Assembly (NCBI GenBank): GCA_051294375.1
Contig: CM119264.1
Coordinates: forward strand, 12,588,263-12,652,262
Direction: 5' to 3'
DNA from: Paraspadella gotoi
Taxonomy: Eukaryota; Animalia; Chaetognatha
DNA length: 64,000 nt
Below, in pieces: positions 44,701-57,166 of this stretch (position 1 is its first letter; each line of letters opens with the position of its first letter). The position numbers and the translations under genes were made by a program. Under the pieces are notes generated by a model. The model had not been told where the DNA came from. It was given only the letters and a program-made list of their open reading frames with translations, and ran no database searches.

Positions 44701-47700
44701 TAAACTTCTAAACTTCTTTGCTACTCAGTTTCTCCACTTCCCTCGGAACTCGTATGGCATAAGGCATAAGATAAGATATTGGGGATTTAGCCATGCACTA
44801 ACCTGACTTAAAAAAAAAAAGTTTCCTCTCTCACACGTAACTTCTCTGAGCTACTCCCTCCGATGCCCCAAAAAATGAAAGAACAACCTGGAGGCAGAAA
44901 ATGGTCAGTCGTTTCTTGCCCTCTGCCATCGACTTTGGCTGCAAACACCTTTTTCATCAAAACTGACTTTCATTACATATGTTCGAGTTTTCCACTAATC
45001 ATCGGCTCTCAAAGAGGGAAGACCGATAATCTTCTGTAATTGACTTTCGAACCCAATTTACGACCTTGAACATGATCATCATCATCATCATCATCATTTA
45101 CGTATCTTCATTATTATCAATGTCCTCAGCTTATCTTTTTTCATGAAGTTCCTGATAACTGTGATTTATATATTTATATATGTGTAGGAAAATTTCCTAA
45201 CCACTGTTTAAAATCTGAAGCCAGAATAAAACAAATAACGTAAGCAAATCGAGAAGTGGCAACTGTTTTTAACTTTGTTATCGCGTTCACTATATTTCAT
45301 CGCATATTATATTGTTTTCTAATCAAAGTGCGTCTTATTTCATATTTACTTTTTCCGCCATTTTTTGTTCGCCTACTTTTCATTTCCCATTTCCTCTTTC
45401 CAATTTCCCAATGTGCTCGGGTTTTTCTCAGACGCCAGTAAATCATTTTTTCGCGCGATTTCAAATTAAGTCGACATTTTTTGCCGAAAAATCTCGGCTG
45501 CGTTTGATTCCTTTTTAATTCGTTTGAGCCTTGAGGGACCGGCGTCGTCGTTTTCGTCGTCATTTTCGTCGTCGTCCTTTTCTTTCTCGTTCGCTTTTTT
45601 TTCCTTTTTTTATTGCTGTTTCCTTCTTATACAGTCGTTTAGTTAAATGCTTATTTGAGCGTCTGCTGTTAAATACTTTTTTTTTCTTTCCCCAATTTCT
45701 TTTGTTCTCTTTTTATTTCTTCTCAGGAAAGCAAATCTCGGATGAGCTTCTTTTCTTTTCCCTGATTACTTTTTTTTTTCTTTATGCCAGATTAAGTTTT
45801 CGCCGAATCCCGTTTTTCTTTCTTTTTTTTTCTCTCTCTTTTTTCTTCCGTAAGCTAATTTTCCTTTTATTTGTTTCAAAAAGGCTTTTCCCGCCATTGT
45901 CTGAGATTTAAATTCAACTTTGGCCGGAAATGAGAACTCAGATTCGCCCCGGGAGAGGTGCGAAGTGGCGCGTCTTTGTGATGGATTCGTTAGTCGTCCG
46001 CCGAGTGAGCCGATCGATTCCCGCGAATTGGGGGTTGGTGACTGGTCTTATCTATCTTTATTGTTGGGCTTTTCCGATCAAGTTTTTATTTTTTTAAATC
46101 TTTATTTTATCCTTTCTTTCCTTCCTCCCTTCTCCTTCCCCACTATTTCCCTTCTCCTCCGCCCATCTCTCCCATCTCCCCCCCCCTATTTCCCTTCTCC
46201 TCCCCCCCACAAAATCACAGGATTGGCGGTGACGTTCTCTTGTGAAGCGACGAGCGAAGGCGGACGAAAGCCTTCGATCACTTGGGTTCTGAGCGGAAGC
46301 GTCATCAAGTCCACTCTGTCTCACGTCGGGAATCGGACGGTGAACATCGTCACTCTCATCCCGATGGCCGCCGACCACGGAAGTTCGCTGCAGGTATTTT
46401 ATTTTCTCAACCATGAGTTTCGATTTTTAGTAAAAACATGATTGTATCTTTTCCTTTCTTTTCGTTGTTATGTGAGATTTGGTTACAGAGTAGCAGAGAA
46501 TTTATTTGCATTAAACAACGAGTTTTTCATAATTATTTGGACATGTTTCGGTCACAATCCCAAATTTGTCAAATGCGCTGACGAAGGTCCGAATCAAGGA
46601 CCGAGACATGTCCAAATAATTATGAAAAACTCGTTGTTTAATGCAAATAAATTCTCACATATGTATCATGCTCGAAGAATGGGAAAAAAATGCAGATACA
46701 CCCCGGTGAGCATTATTATTAATAAATTAACACTTATTTAGTGCTACAAAATAAAAATTTACGACGATCAGAAGTCTGATTAATTTTTTTTTTTTTTTTT
46801 GGGTTAAATTTCTTAATTGTAAATTATTATCCTTTCATTTCATTGATTACTAATTCCACCTCCAGTGCATCGTGACCCACCCCGACCACTATAACGCCTC
46901 CACGCCCCTCGCCCAATGCGGCTACGACCACTTGGACATTCGCTACGGTCCGCGACTCAATTGCCCGCGCTATCAGAGCGTTTTCAAGGTGAGGCGCTCA
47001 CTCTTCTTGTTATTCTTGTTTTTGTTGGCCTTCGACGACTCTCCCCAGAGCTTCGAGTAAATTACTTGCAAATTGCGACGGGTTTTCTTTATTGTATTCA
47101 GGTTGTTAGTTTTTTTCTTTCTTGTTTCGTTTCATTGTTTCTTGGTTCGACTAATTGGTTAGATATTAACCGACGACTTCTTATTGTTTATGCGTTTATT
47201 TTTTTCTTTCTTTATTTATTTTGACTTATAAGTCAATCTTTAACTGACGTATATTTATCCAAAAATAAATTCAAATACTACAGTCGAATTTAACTCCGAA
47301 CAGAGATTTTTACGGTCAACAACAACAACAACAGCGACAACAACAAAAGCAACGAACGATCTCCGCTTCCTACATTCGTTGCCTCACGGAGATGATAAAA
47401 AGAAAGGGGGGGCGTGGAGGCGGTTGTCAATGGCTTCTTCCAGAAGTGTCTCTGGGCTTTGCCGGCCGTCTCTCTTAATGCCGCGACAGTTTGGGGGCAC
47501 GAGCGGCGGAGAGCGGATGGAGAGAGAAAGAGAGGAAAGAAACCGGGGGCGTCGGAAGGCGGCGGCGGCGGCCGGCGGCGGCGGCGCGGCGGCGGCGGGG
47601 CGGCGGCGGCGGGCGGCGCGCCGGGCGGGGCGGGGGGCGGGGATGGGGGCGGTCAGGACGATGTGTCAGGTGGTCCTGGTCTGTTTGCGTCAATTAGGCG

Positions 47701-50031
47701 GAGTTGCGGTTGTTTGGCGGCGAGTTTTTAGAAATTTCAATGGTTCCCCTCTCTCTCATCTCTTCTCCTCTCTCTCCTCATCTCTCTCTCTCTCTCTCTC
47801 TCTCCTATCTCTCTCTCTTCTCTCTCTCCTCTCTCTCTCACCTCTCTCTTCTTTTGTGTTGATCGTCTTTAGTGGAAACGCAGGAACAGTCGAAGCGATT
47901 GTTAAACAACGTTTTACAAGAAGATGTTCGCTGCCCTATCGGCCGTATAAGTTACGATCGAAGCGTCAAGACGTCGCGTATCGTTACATCTCTTCTAAAC
48001 TGAGTTATCACATTTGGTTCTTTTAGTTGGCATCATCGTGTTGTCTCTATCGGATCGTTGCGTTTGAGTGAGAAGAAAAGAAAATGTGATGTTTTAATTG
48101 GTTTGCAACAAAATTTGTCGACGAACGTTTAATAAAAAGATTACGACGACTGTGAAAAACGTCGCCTAGAAACTTTGAAGGATCGGAAAGAAATGGCGAG
48201 AATTGAAAATGCAATGAGAAGAGACTCAGCTGAATCTAAGGTGAGATGGGAAAGGGGGGGCGGGAGATGGAGGGGAGGTGAGACGCATTGACTCTTCTTT
48301 CACTCTTCTCTTCTTTTCTCTTCCTCTTTCCTAACAAAAATTTCGAAAAGCGAGGGTTATTAAAAAAAAAAAACCTTAAACGAAATTCTAATTAGATATA
48401 AATATTTCCTTTTTTTTTTAAAGGAAACAAAAAAAAAAAGTCTTTTTAATTAATTTTAAAAGAAGATGATAATTTCGAGTCTCTCTCTCTTTCCTACTTT
48501 CAAAATATTCGTTCTACTTTCGAGTTTGTTTACCAAAACAAGTCAAAGCGAAAATTAAAATTTGAAAAACACTTTTTTAGTCGCGACGCGAACCGAGCTA
48601 ACGTCAGCGCCGCTCATTCGACCTCTTTCGAAGCAACCACCCTAAGACGCCAAACGTACTTACCCTCAGTAGAAAATAAGGGTTATAACTTTGAAAACTC
48701 ACCCGAAGAGAAACGAAGAAGCAAAGATCACTGAAACACGCCCACAACATATTTTAACTTTAAATTTAAAACCTTACATTCCAATCCTCAAGCTATTTTT
48801 TTTTTAATTTAACGAACCACCTTAAAGCTAACTCTCCTACTCCGTCCCTTCCCTCTCCCCTGTGGTTGCCTCTGAATAATTTCTTTTTTTCCTCCCCATA
48901 TATCCATCATGAAAAAGGTTCACCTAAACAACAGTAAACAACATTCCATGGGAGCCCAGAATGACAACTTATTCCAAAGTTCGTTCTGTCCTTGCGCTCG
49001 TCTGTTCGTTCTGTTGTTTGTTCGTACGTTCGTATATCCGTTAGTTTTTTTTTATTCGTTAGTTTGTTCATTCAAACGTTTCTTCTATTTTTCGATCTGT
49101 CGTTCGTTCGTTTTATCGTTCTTTCATTTGTTCGTTCCTTCGTTCGATGGTAGCTATTCTTAGTTTGTTTATACATTCATTTGATTGATTGATTTTTAGC
49201 GGTATTTTGTCTTTGTTTACATCCTTGCCACCTGTATATCCCTTTTTGCTGCGCCTCAACAATATTGAAATAATAGAAAGAAAACTAGAGAGAAAAAAAA
49301 ACGAGTGAGCCTAAAAAGAGAGACAACCTTTTAGTCGAAGAAAGAAAAAACAACCAAAAACAAAAAAGAAGAAACGTTAACGTGGCCAAAGATTGAATCG
49401 GCAACAGGAGGCAAAACAAAATAAAAAACCTTACCTTTTCAGCGTCGGTCGGTCGCGTCTCGAACCTTACCTTCTTTGCGGTCGAACGGTTTTGAAAAGA
49501 TTCGGCGCGAGATTTCTTGAGGGGGACGTAAACAAGGAAAAGGTTGCGGCGGCGGGGAAGGGGAGACGGTTTTGACTCGCGCGCTTAGTCAGTTGCGACG
49601 CTCGCACGTGCGGCTTTAAAGTTGCTTCGCACGAAATAACAAAATGCGCTGTTCTTACAGGTTTATCTTCGCAATTCCACTTTCTGACTTACGGTTATCC
49701 TGTTGTTGCATTAATTCATAGGTGATTCTGTAGATTCTTGTTTTATGACCGCGGCTTGTTAATTATTTGGTTTGTATAATGTTGTTTCTTGGCGAATGCT
49801 CGCATGAAAATAACAACAAATGAGTTGATCTCGATATGAATATGAATGAGACTCGTTCTCTTTTTTCTTATATAATCTCTTCAGCATTTTCCTTTTTCCC
49901 CATTTTATCTTTTTCTCTTTTCTTCTTTCTTCTTGTCTTCTCTCGCTCGCTCTCTTCCTCGTTTTCCCCTGTTATCTTTCCTTCTCTTACTTCTTTTCCC
50001 ATCTAATATCTCCTCCTCTCTTCTCTCTCTC

Positions 50032-50097
<66 letters not shown>

Positions 50098-50417
50098 TCC
50101 TCTCTATTCAGGTCGTTTCTCTATTCAGGTCGTTCCTCTTCGCATCTTTTCTTCCCTCTTCATTGCCATAAAACTGAGCCGCTATGGGTTAAAGAATAGC
50201 TTCTCTCTCTCTCTTTTTCTCTCTCCTCTTCCACTCCTCTCCTCTCTGCTCCTCTCTCTCCTCTCACTCACTCACTCACTCTCTCTCTCTCTCTCTCCTC
50301 TTCTCTCTCTCTCTCTCTCTGCTCTCTCTCCCTCTCTCTCTCTCTCCACTCAAATCTCTCTCTCTCTCTCTCTCTCCCTCTCTCTCCCCTCCTCTCTTCT
50401 CTCTTCTCTTTCCTCTT

Positions 50418-50450
<33 letters not shown>

Positions 50451-50702
50451 ACTCCTCTTTCCCTTCCCTACGCCCCCATTTCGTAAAAACGGTGGATGTT
50501 GTTTAAAGGATAGCTCTAGTTTTTTTTTTTGCTCCAAACCTCAAAAAAAATAAAAAAATCTTTTGAGTCAGTTTACATTCCTCGTTTTTATCTCGACTCC
50601 GACTTCGACCTTTTCGTATCCATAACCTTTCTTTCATTTCCCTGGCCTGCTTCCCTACTCACCTTTTTTTCTCTTCTCTCTCTTCTCTCTCTCTCTCTTA
50701 TC

Positions 50703-50771
<69 letters not shown>

Positions 50772-52263
50772 TGTGTGTCCCTCTTTCTCACTTTCATTAT
50801 TCTGGCTAGCGAGAAATGACGTTTTTAAAACGCTTTATTGGACTGCTTTTTTTCATCTTTTTTTTCGTAAATGTGATCGGGATGACTTAAATTCGAAACG
50901 GCACATTTTTTTTAAATTCATTGAACATAATAATATTAAATAGGTCGTCCTTTTGTTTCTTCGTCATCAGGACGACGACGACGGCGCCATCTTTATGGGA
51001 CTCTCGTCGGAAAGAATCGAGAAAAAACCAGCCGGTGAGTTCTTGTACATGACGACGGACAATAATTGAAACATTTCAGAATTTGTATTTAGAACGAATT
51101 GAAATGGTTTTGAGGGTTATGTACAGCTAGGCACGCTTAGAGCATCGAGGTGCAGTTAAAAAGAAAAACACGCAATGAGGAAAAAAAAATTTAAAGAAAG
51201 AGATTCCAGTCGAGATGTACAGTAGAGAGCGGATTTTAAAGAGTCTCAAGGGGACGATACAGCGAGGCTCAGTTATAAAGAGGCCTCGGGGAAAATAAAT
51301 GAAAAAAAAAACGCGAGCGTCAATTTTAATGAGCGGAGGCCATTTTAAGTCCGTACTGTAAGTTTGAAAATATTAAAACGACGTATGCGCAGTATTTTCG
51401 ACGACGCTCCTTGTTGCAGTTTGCTTTAAACTTGTTGAGGTTCAAGTCTTTAATTCTAGTCGGAATAGTTCTATAAATTTATGAACCTAAAATCTCGCGA
51501 ATGAAATATCTTACGATTATAAAAATAGATTCATCTGAAAGCTCTTGAAAAATACTTTACAATGCATACCCAGTTTTACATGTTTAGCTTAAATACAGTT
51601 GTACATACATTTTTTTTACATTTTTTTCACTAAAAAATTACATTTTTTAAAATCGATCTAAGGTTCATACGCGCTATAATTTGATAGCTAACACTTTCCC
51701 GTCTCCACACCCTCCCCAACCCAAACACCCGCCCCTCGTCTCACGACAGCCGCTTCCACTGGCTACCAAGTCTATTGCGACATCATCAGCAATCCACGGA
51801 TTCCGCTGCGCAACATTTCATGGGTCTTTCATTTGGGTCGAAACGCCAGCCTCGAACTGCCCAACGTTATGCTGAAGGTGAGATGGCTCGGGGGATAAAA
51901 TTAAAAAGGCAGATTAACTTAACTTAACCTCATAGCTTTATTTATAGTCATTCTTTTCAATGATAATCCGTTTCAATTTAATCAACTGGTACAGACGAAC
52001 AGCGAATAGCTATCAACTTATCATTAAACCATTTATTGGTTAGGTTTTTGTCCCCTTTTCAGTAAAAATCCCTGAAAAGCCATCCTCGTAGTCTCTATTT
52101 AAAAAAAAGAATTAGTCATCCGCGTTACAGATTTAAAACTGATTCATAATGTTTCAAAATCATTAAAACGTCATCCGAACGTCATCCCGGCCGAAGCCCA
52201 ACGACGGAGTAATGAGAAACACTTTTAAAAAGACATTCGGTGTCGGTCTGAGTGCTTCGCGAA

Positions 52264-52314
<51 letters not shown>

Positions 52315-52431
52315 GCTGATTCTCCTTTCCCTCAAGGACACGAACATCCCTCACGGCGTTCGGGCGACGTTGAACATCAACCCGGAGATGCTTTCCACGC
52401 GAGACCCGCTCCAGCGAATCACGCTTCAGGT

Positions 52432-52464
<33 letters not shown>

Positions 52465-53891
52465 GGGGGCGGGAGATGGGCTACCTCCTCCTCTTCCACA
52501 GTATTAGTGACTCGCATCTCCTTCTGAATATTTCAGACGCGAATATTACCACAATTTTTTTTTTTCGTTTTTCATATTTTTCACGCCAGGTTAAGTGAAT
52601 ACGAAAAACAAAAAAATTAGCCTTCCTAGATGATGATAAACGATCAATCAAGTGTTTTATAAATTAATCCGAAGGTTTACTTTATTGTGCGCCGGAAGCA
52701 TTTTGGCATTTACGCTCCAGCTTAGAAAGTGCTAAAGAAATATGTTAAGGAAATTTTCTTGAAAAGTCATTTCGCAGAATAAGGTTGGTACGATATCTAC
52801 TGAAAGGGTTTTTCTAGCCAATTTTGTGTCACAAAGATAATAATTTTTTTTTTTTCAATCGAAGCTTAAAAGCTAAAATGAAAATAACTCTAGTCTTCGC
52901 CTGAGAAGAGAAGCGACGAGAAAGGGAAGGGGGAGCGTAGGAGGCGAAAGCTGACGAGCGCGACAGGGAAGTAGACATCCGAGGATTAATGTTGGCGGGT
53001 TCTTGGATCGGAATTAATATACTTTATAAAACGTGAGCCAATTATTGACTTTTTTTTATTTTAAGCGTTACAAGTTCAATATATCCAGTGTCAGCTCTCC
53101 ATTTGTTAGATATTTAAAAATTTTTTGTAGTAAATTATCGGACAACTTTAACAGTTAATGGTAATTTCTGACATTTCTCTTGGCTCAGGTGGTGGGCGAA
53201 AGAAAAGTGGTCAAAACTGACATCACCTTGAATCTCTACTTCGGCCCCTTCGTCGAATGCCCGGATTCGGTAACGTTTCAATTTTTCTCCTCCTCATTTT
53301 AAAGCATAAAAACTTAAGACATCTTGTGTCATATTTTCTCATGATATATCCATATTACTTTAAAGTATTTTTATTTGTTAAAAAAACGGAGGAAAGAAAA
53401 GAAAGATTTAAAAAAAAATTTAATCTGCAACCGTGGATAGGAATAAGAAAATTATGTATTACCATAAATTTAAATCCATTTCCGTATAATGTATTCAAGG
53501 ATATTTTTTTTTCTTCCTACGACGTCGGCGGCGGCGTCATTGGCGGCGTCGACCGCTGCAGCGGCGGCTGCGGCGATGGCGACGGCGCTGATAAGCTCAG
53601 AGACACGGCAGGGAGATCTTATCAGAATAAACCAAAAAGGAGGAAAAGATTCGAAGACAGAGAAAAAAACGGAAGCTGATCAACAACCACGCAAATATTT
53701 TATTCTTAAACGTTTAACTATTGTTCTTTTCTTTTTATCAAAGGTTTTCATCGAAGAAAACCGAACTCTGGTTGACATCAGCTGTCGAATTCATTCCAAC
53801 CCTCCGATCCCCGAAAACAACGTCTCCTGGTCCTTCAATCAGGTCTCCAACTCGGTGCTCTCGCAGGTTGAGCCGTGAGAAGAGAGAGAGA

Positions 53892-53965
<74 letters not shown>

Positions 53966-56912
53966 TCCTCAGCTTTTTACCTCCTTACCCGCAGCCGTAT
54001 TCCTTTGAAAAGTCGAAGAGAAAAACGTCAAAATGGAAAGGGAAATTTAATAAAAGGATTTTGGCCCTAAAGCGAAAAGCGGGAGGCGATTGAAGAAACG
54101 GGGAAATGGGACGGATTGGGATGAAGAAACGGGGAGAATGGGGACGGAGTGGGGATTGAAGATGCGGGGAAAGGGGATGGGGAAGCGGAGTTGGAGACAG
54201 TATTTGGAAGAGGATTGGGGATTTGGGGAGATGTTTCGGGACTGTTCGTCACGGTGTTTTATCTGTAGTCCTGCATTGCAATATGTTCACCCCGCCTATA
54301 AGCATGTCATTTCAGTCCTCACCCGGTGCCTCATTGAGTAATACCGTCAGCTAATTACCATCAGTTACCGGGATCGATCCCAAATGGTACCTACCCTACG
54401 GGAAGCGTGAGCACGACCGGAAATCGCCTTGGGTGCCTTTAAAACCCTTAAGCCTCGATCCAAACCCAGGACCCGTTTCATTGCTGCTGAGGGTCACAGA
54501 AGATACGGATAGTAGTTTTCAGTTCACGTAGCGCCTTATCCACGTATAGACGTGAATGAAAAGGGAAGAGTAAGATAATGTAATTGTGAAGCAGTTGTGG
54601 ATGTAAAACTCGGGGGAGAGTTTTTTGGAAGCTGAAGAGGAAATTGTTGAGACCAGATTTTCTCCCGTGGGAAGTTTTTTACTTTTTGACTGGGTCAGAA
54701 AAGGAGCGAAGTGAGCAAAGTATTCGTTTCCATATTCACATTTTAATTCACATTTTCTTTTTTTTATCGCAGATCTCCTGATTCAGTCTTACACTCACAA
54801 GAAGAGCGAAACCTATACCCTTGTCTCTCTCACCATCAACACTTCGACCATCAAGTTCCCCGTGGGTTAGTATCCCTCGTTTCCAATCACAACGAAATTG
54901 TACGCAGTACTGACTTACTACGAAGTTTTTACGTTTGCAAAATGTGTTTTCCTTTTATACGAAACTTTATTATCCGGAAAGTTTTCAATCACAACTCGCT
55001 TACATGAATCTCAATCGAAACATCGCAGTGACAACTTACCATCATCCAAACAATTCCACGGCTTTTGTTTGCCATTTTCCCTCAGACCGCCGATGTCTTT
55101 TGTTTTGTTTTTCAGGCGACCACGTTTTGCTCCTCGTCGTCAGAGGTCTTCAAAAACAAGTGAACAAGAAGATTTACTTAAGATTCTGGAACTCCAACCT
55201 CGGTTAGTTCGAATGAACGTCGTCGTCGTTTTGGTCGTTGTCGTTGGTGGCGGCGGTGGCGGTGTGATCTCCGCTCGTACATGTCCTTGTTTCTTGCCCA
55301 GTCTCGCTTGACTGAATGATGGCAAACGTCATCATCATATTGTCGTTTTCTTTATCACTATACAGCGGACACGGTTTTCCTGGTTGTTATTGTTTTAGTT
55401 ACTATTATTGCCAATCTATTCCTACTGCAAATAATTTGCATAAATTTCTCAGTGTTTGAAGTTGTCGTAGATATGACGTTATGCCCCATCAAATTTACAT
55501 TATTAGTAATTCGAAAAAAAATTATTGAATCCGGTCTCGAACCCGAGACCTTCCGTCTACATCCCTCGTTTTTCTAGCGAGTCGACGTCGATTCCGTCTT
55601 TTGTTTGTTTGCTTGTTTGCCTCGGCGATTGATTCCGCTCCGCGTCTCCTTGACAACCGAGAAAACAAAAGAAAAGCGACAAAACAAAAGGAAAGCGACG
55701 ACGAAAGATTAACCGGAAATGGCGACGTCGATGAGGTCGGCAGAGATGAAGACGAAGACGAAGATGACATCGACAAAAAACGTTTAACAACTTAACACGA
55801 CGACGATGATGAAGACCAACTGTCGATACGAAAGAACTGCGAGCATCGACGAACTTCGACGAACAGCGAACGACGACGACGACGACAACGACAAAGACGA
55901 CGCCGCCGCCGAAAGTCGAGGTTTGTTGTGACGAAACGATCCCATGACGCGTCCGGGAAATTGACGATAAATTGAAGGAAAACGACGAGGAAGTCGAATA
56001 CATCGGCCGAAGCAAAGGACTCCAACGGCCGCGAGGGAAGCCCGTCGGAATTCGGTAGTCGTCGTTGCGAGTTCGCTCCCGACCCTCGCCTTTTGTTTCG
56101 TCTCTTTCGATCTTCGTCTGAATGGACGCGAGATGACGGGAATTAATTGAACGCTTTGACGAAAACCCCGTCGCAGCTGGCCATATTTTCTCTTCTTTGC
56201 TGTTGTCGTTGCTGTTGGTAAAACTGATTCTGACTGCTGAAACGAATCTTCCAGCGCTGCGTACAATGTTTTGCTTTGCCTCGGAATAGCACTTCCCCGG
56301 GAGGACGAAAAGCATTTCCGAAAATTGTGGAACTCGCCTAAAAGTCCTATTTGAAAGAGTTTTTTTTTTTAAGTTATCCAAACGTAACAATGAGCTTAAC
56401 GTACATCAATAATTACTCTGTTTCCCAATTGTTAATTCCTAAAATATATCGAAAATAAATAAATAATATTGTGAATATGTCATAAAAGATCATGCTCAAN
56501 NNNNNNNNNATTGTTAATTCCTAAATTATGTCGAAAATAAATAAATAATATTGTGAATATGTCAATAAAGATCATGCTCATGATACTAAACCTCATCTGA
56601 ATCCCTCAACCCCTCCCCCCGTTTCCCAAGGCGGCGCACACGCGGGTCTCGGCGCCAACGACCTTTCCTCCATGGTGGATTCGAAGGATCACCTTGCGGC
56701 GTCGGCGGCGTCGTCCGGCGCCGATTGGATCCTCGTCGCCTGTCTCGTCGGCGTCGTCGTCGTCGCCATCGTCGTCGCCGTCGTCGTCGCTCTTTTCTAC
56801 AAGTGCAATTTTATCGCGGGAGGTGAGTTGATTGTGACGAGAGATGTATGAATGACAGAGAGAAGAAAAGAATGAAAAAAGCGAAAGAAAGAAACTAAGA
56901 ATAAAAGAACAA

Positions 56913-57004
<92 letters not shown>

Positions 57005-57135
57005 AAAAAAGAAAGAAAGAGAAAAAAGAATAAAAAAACATAGAAAAAAAAACATTAAAAGAACGAAATTTTAAAAAATGACGAGGAGACAGAGAGAGAA
57101 AGAGGCAGAAAGAGAGGAGAGAGAAAGAGAGAAGA

Positions 57136-57166
<31 letters not shown>

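Noticed and set aside
47379-48026. 215-aa ORF with a G/C-only tract suggestive of a G-quadruplex or CpG island
   Set aside because: The irregular GGC/GGG run plus CT repeats inside an intron is most consistent with a poorly called (GGC)n microsatellite.
55557-56390. 277-aa and 160-aa antisense ORFs in the intron before the TM exon
   Set aside because: Openness is explained by GAC/GTC-rich composition; no canonical ATG start or domain.
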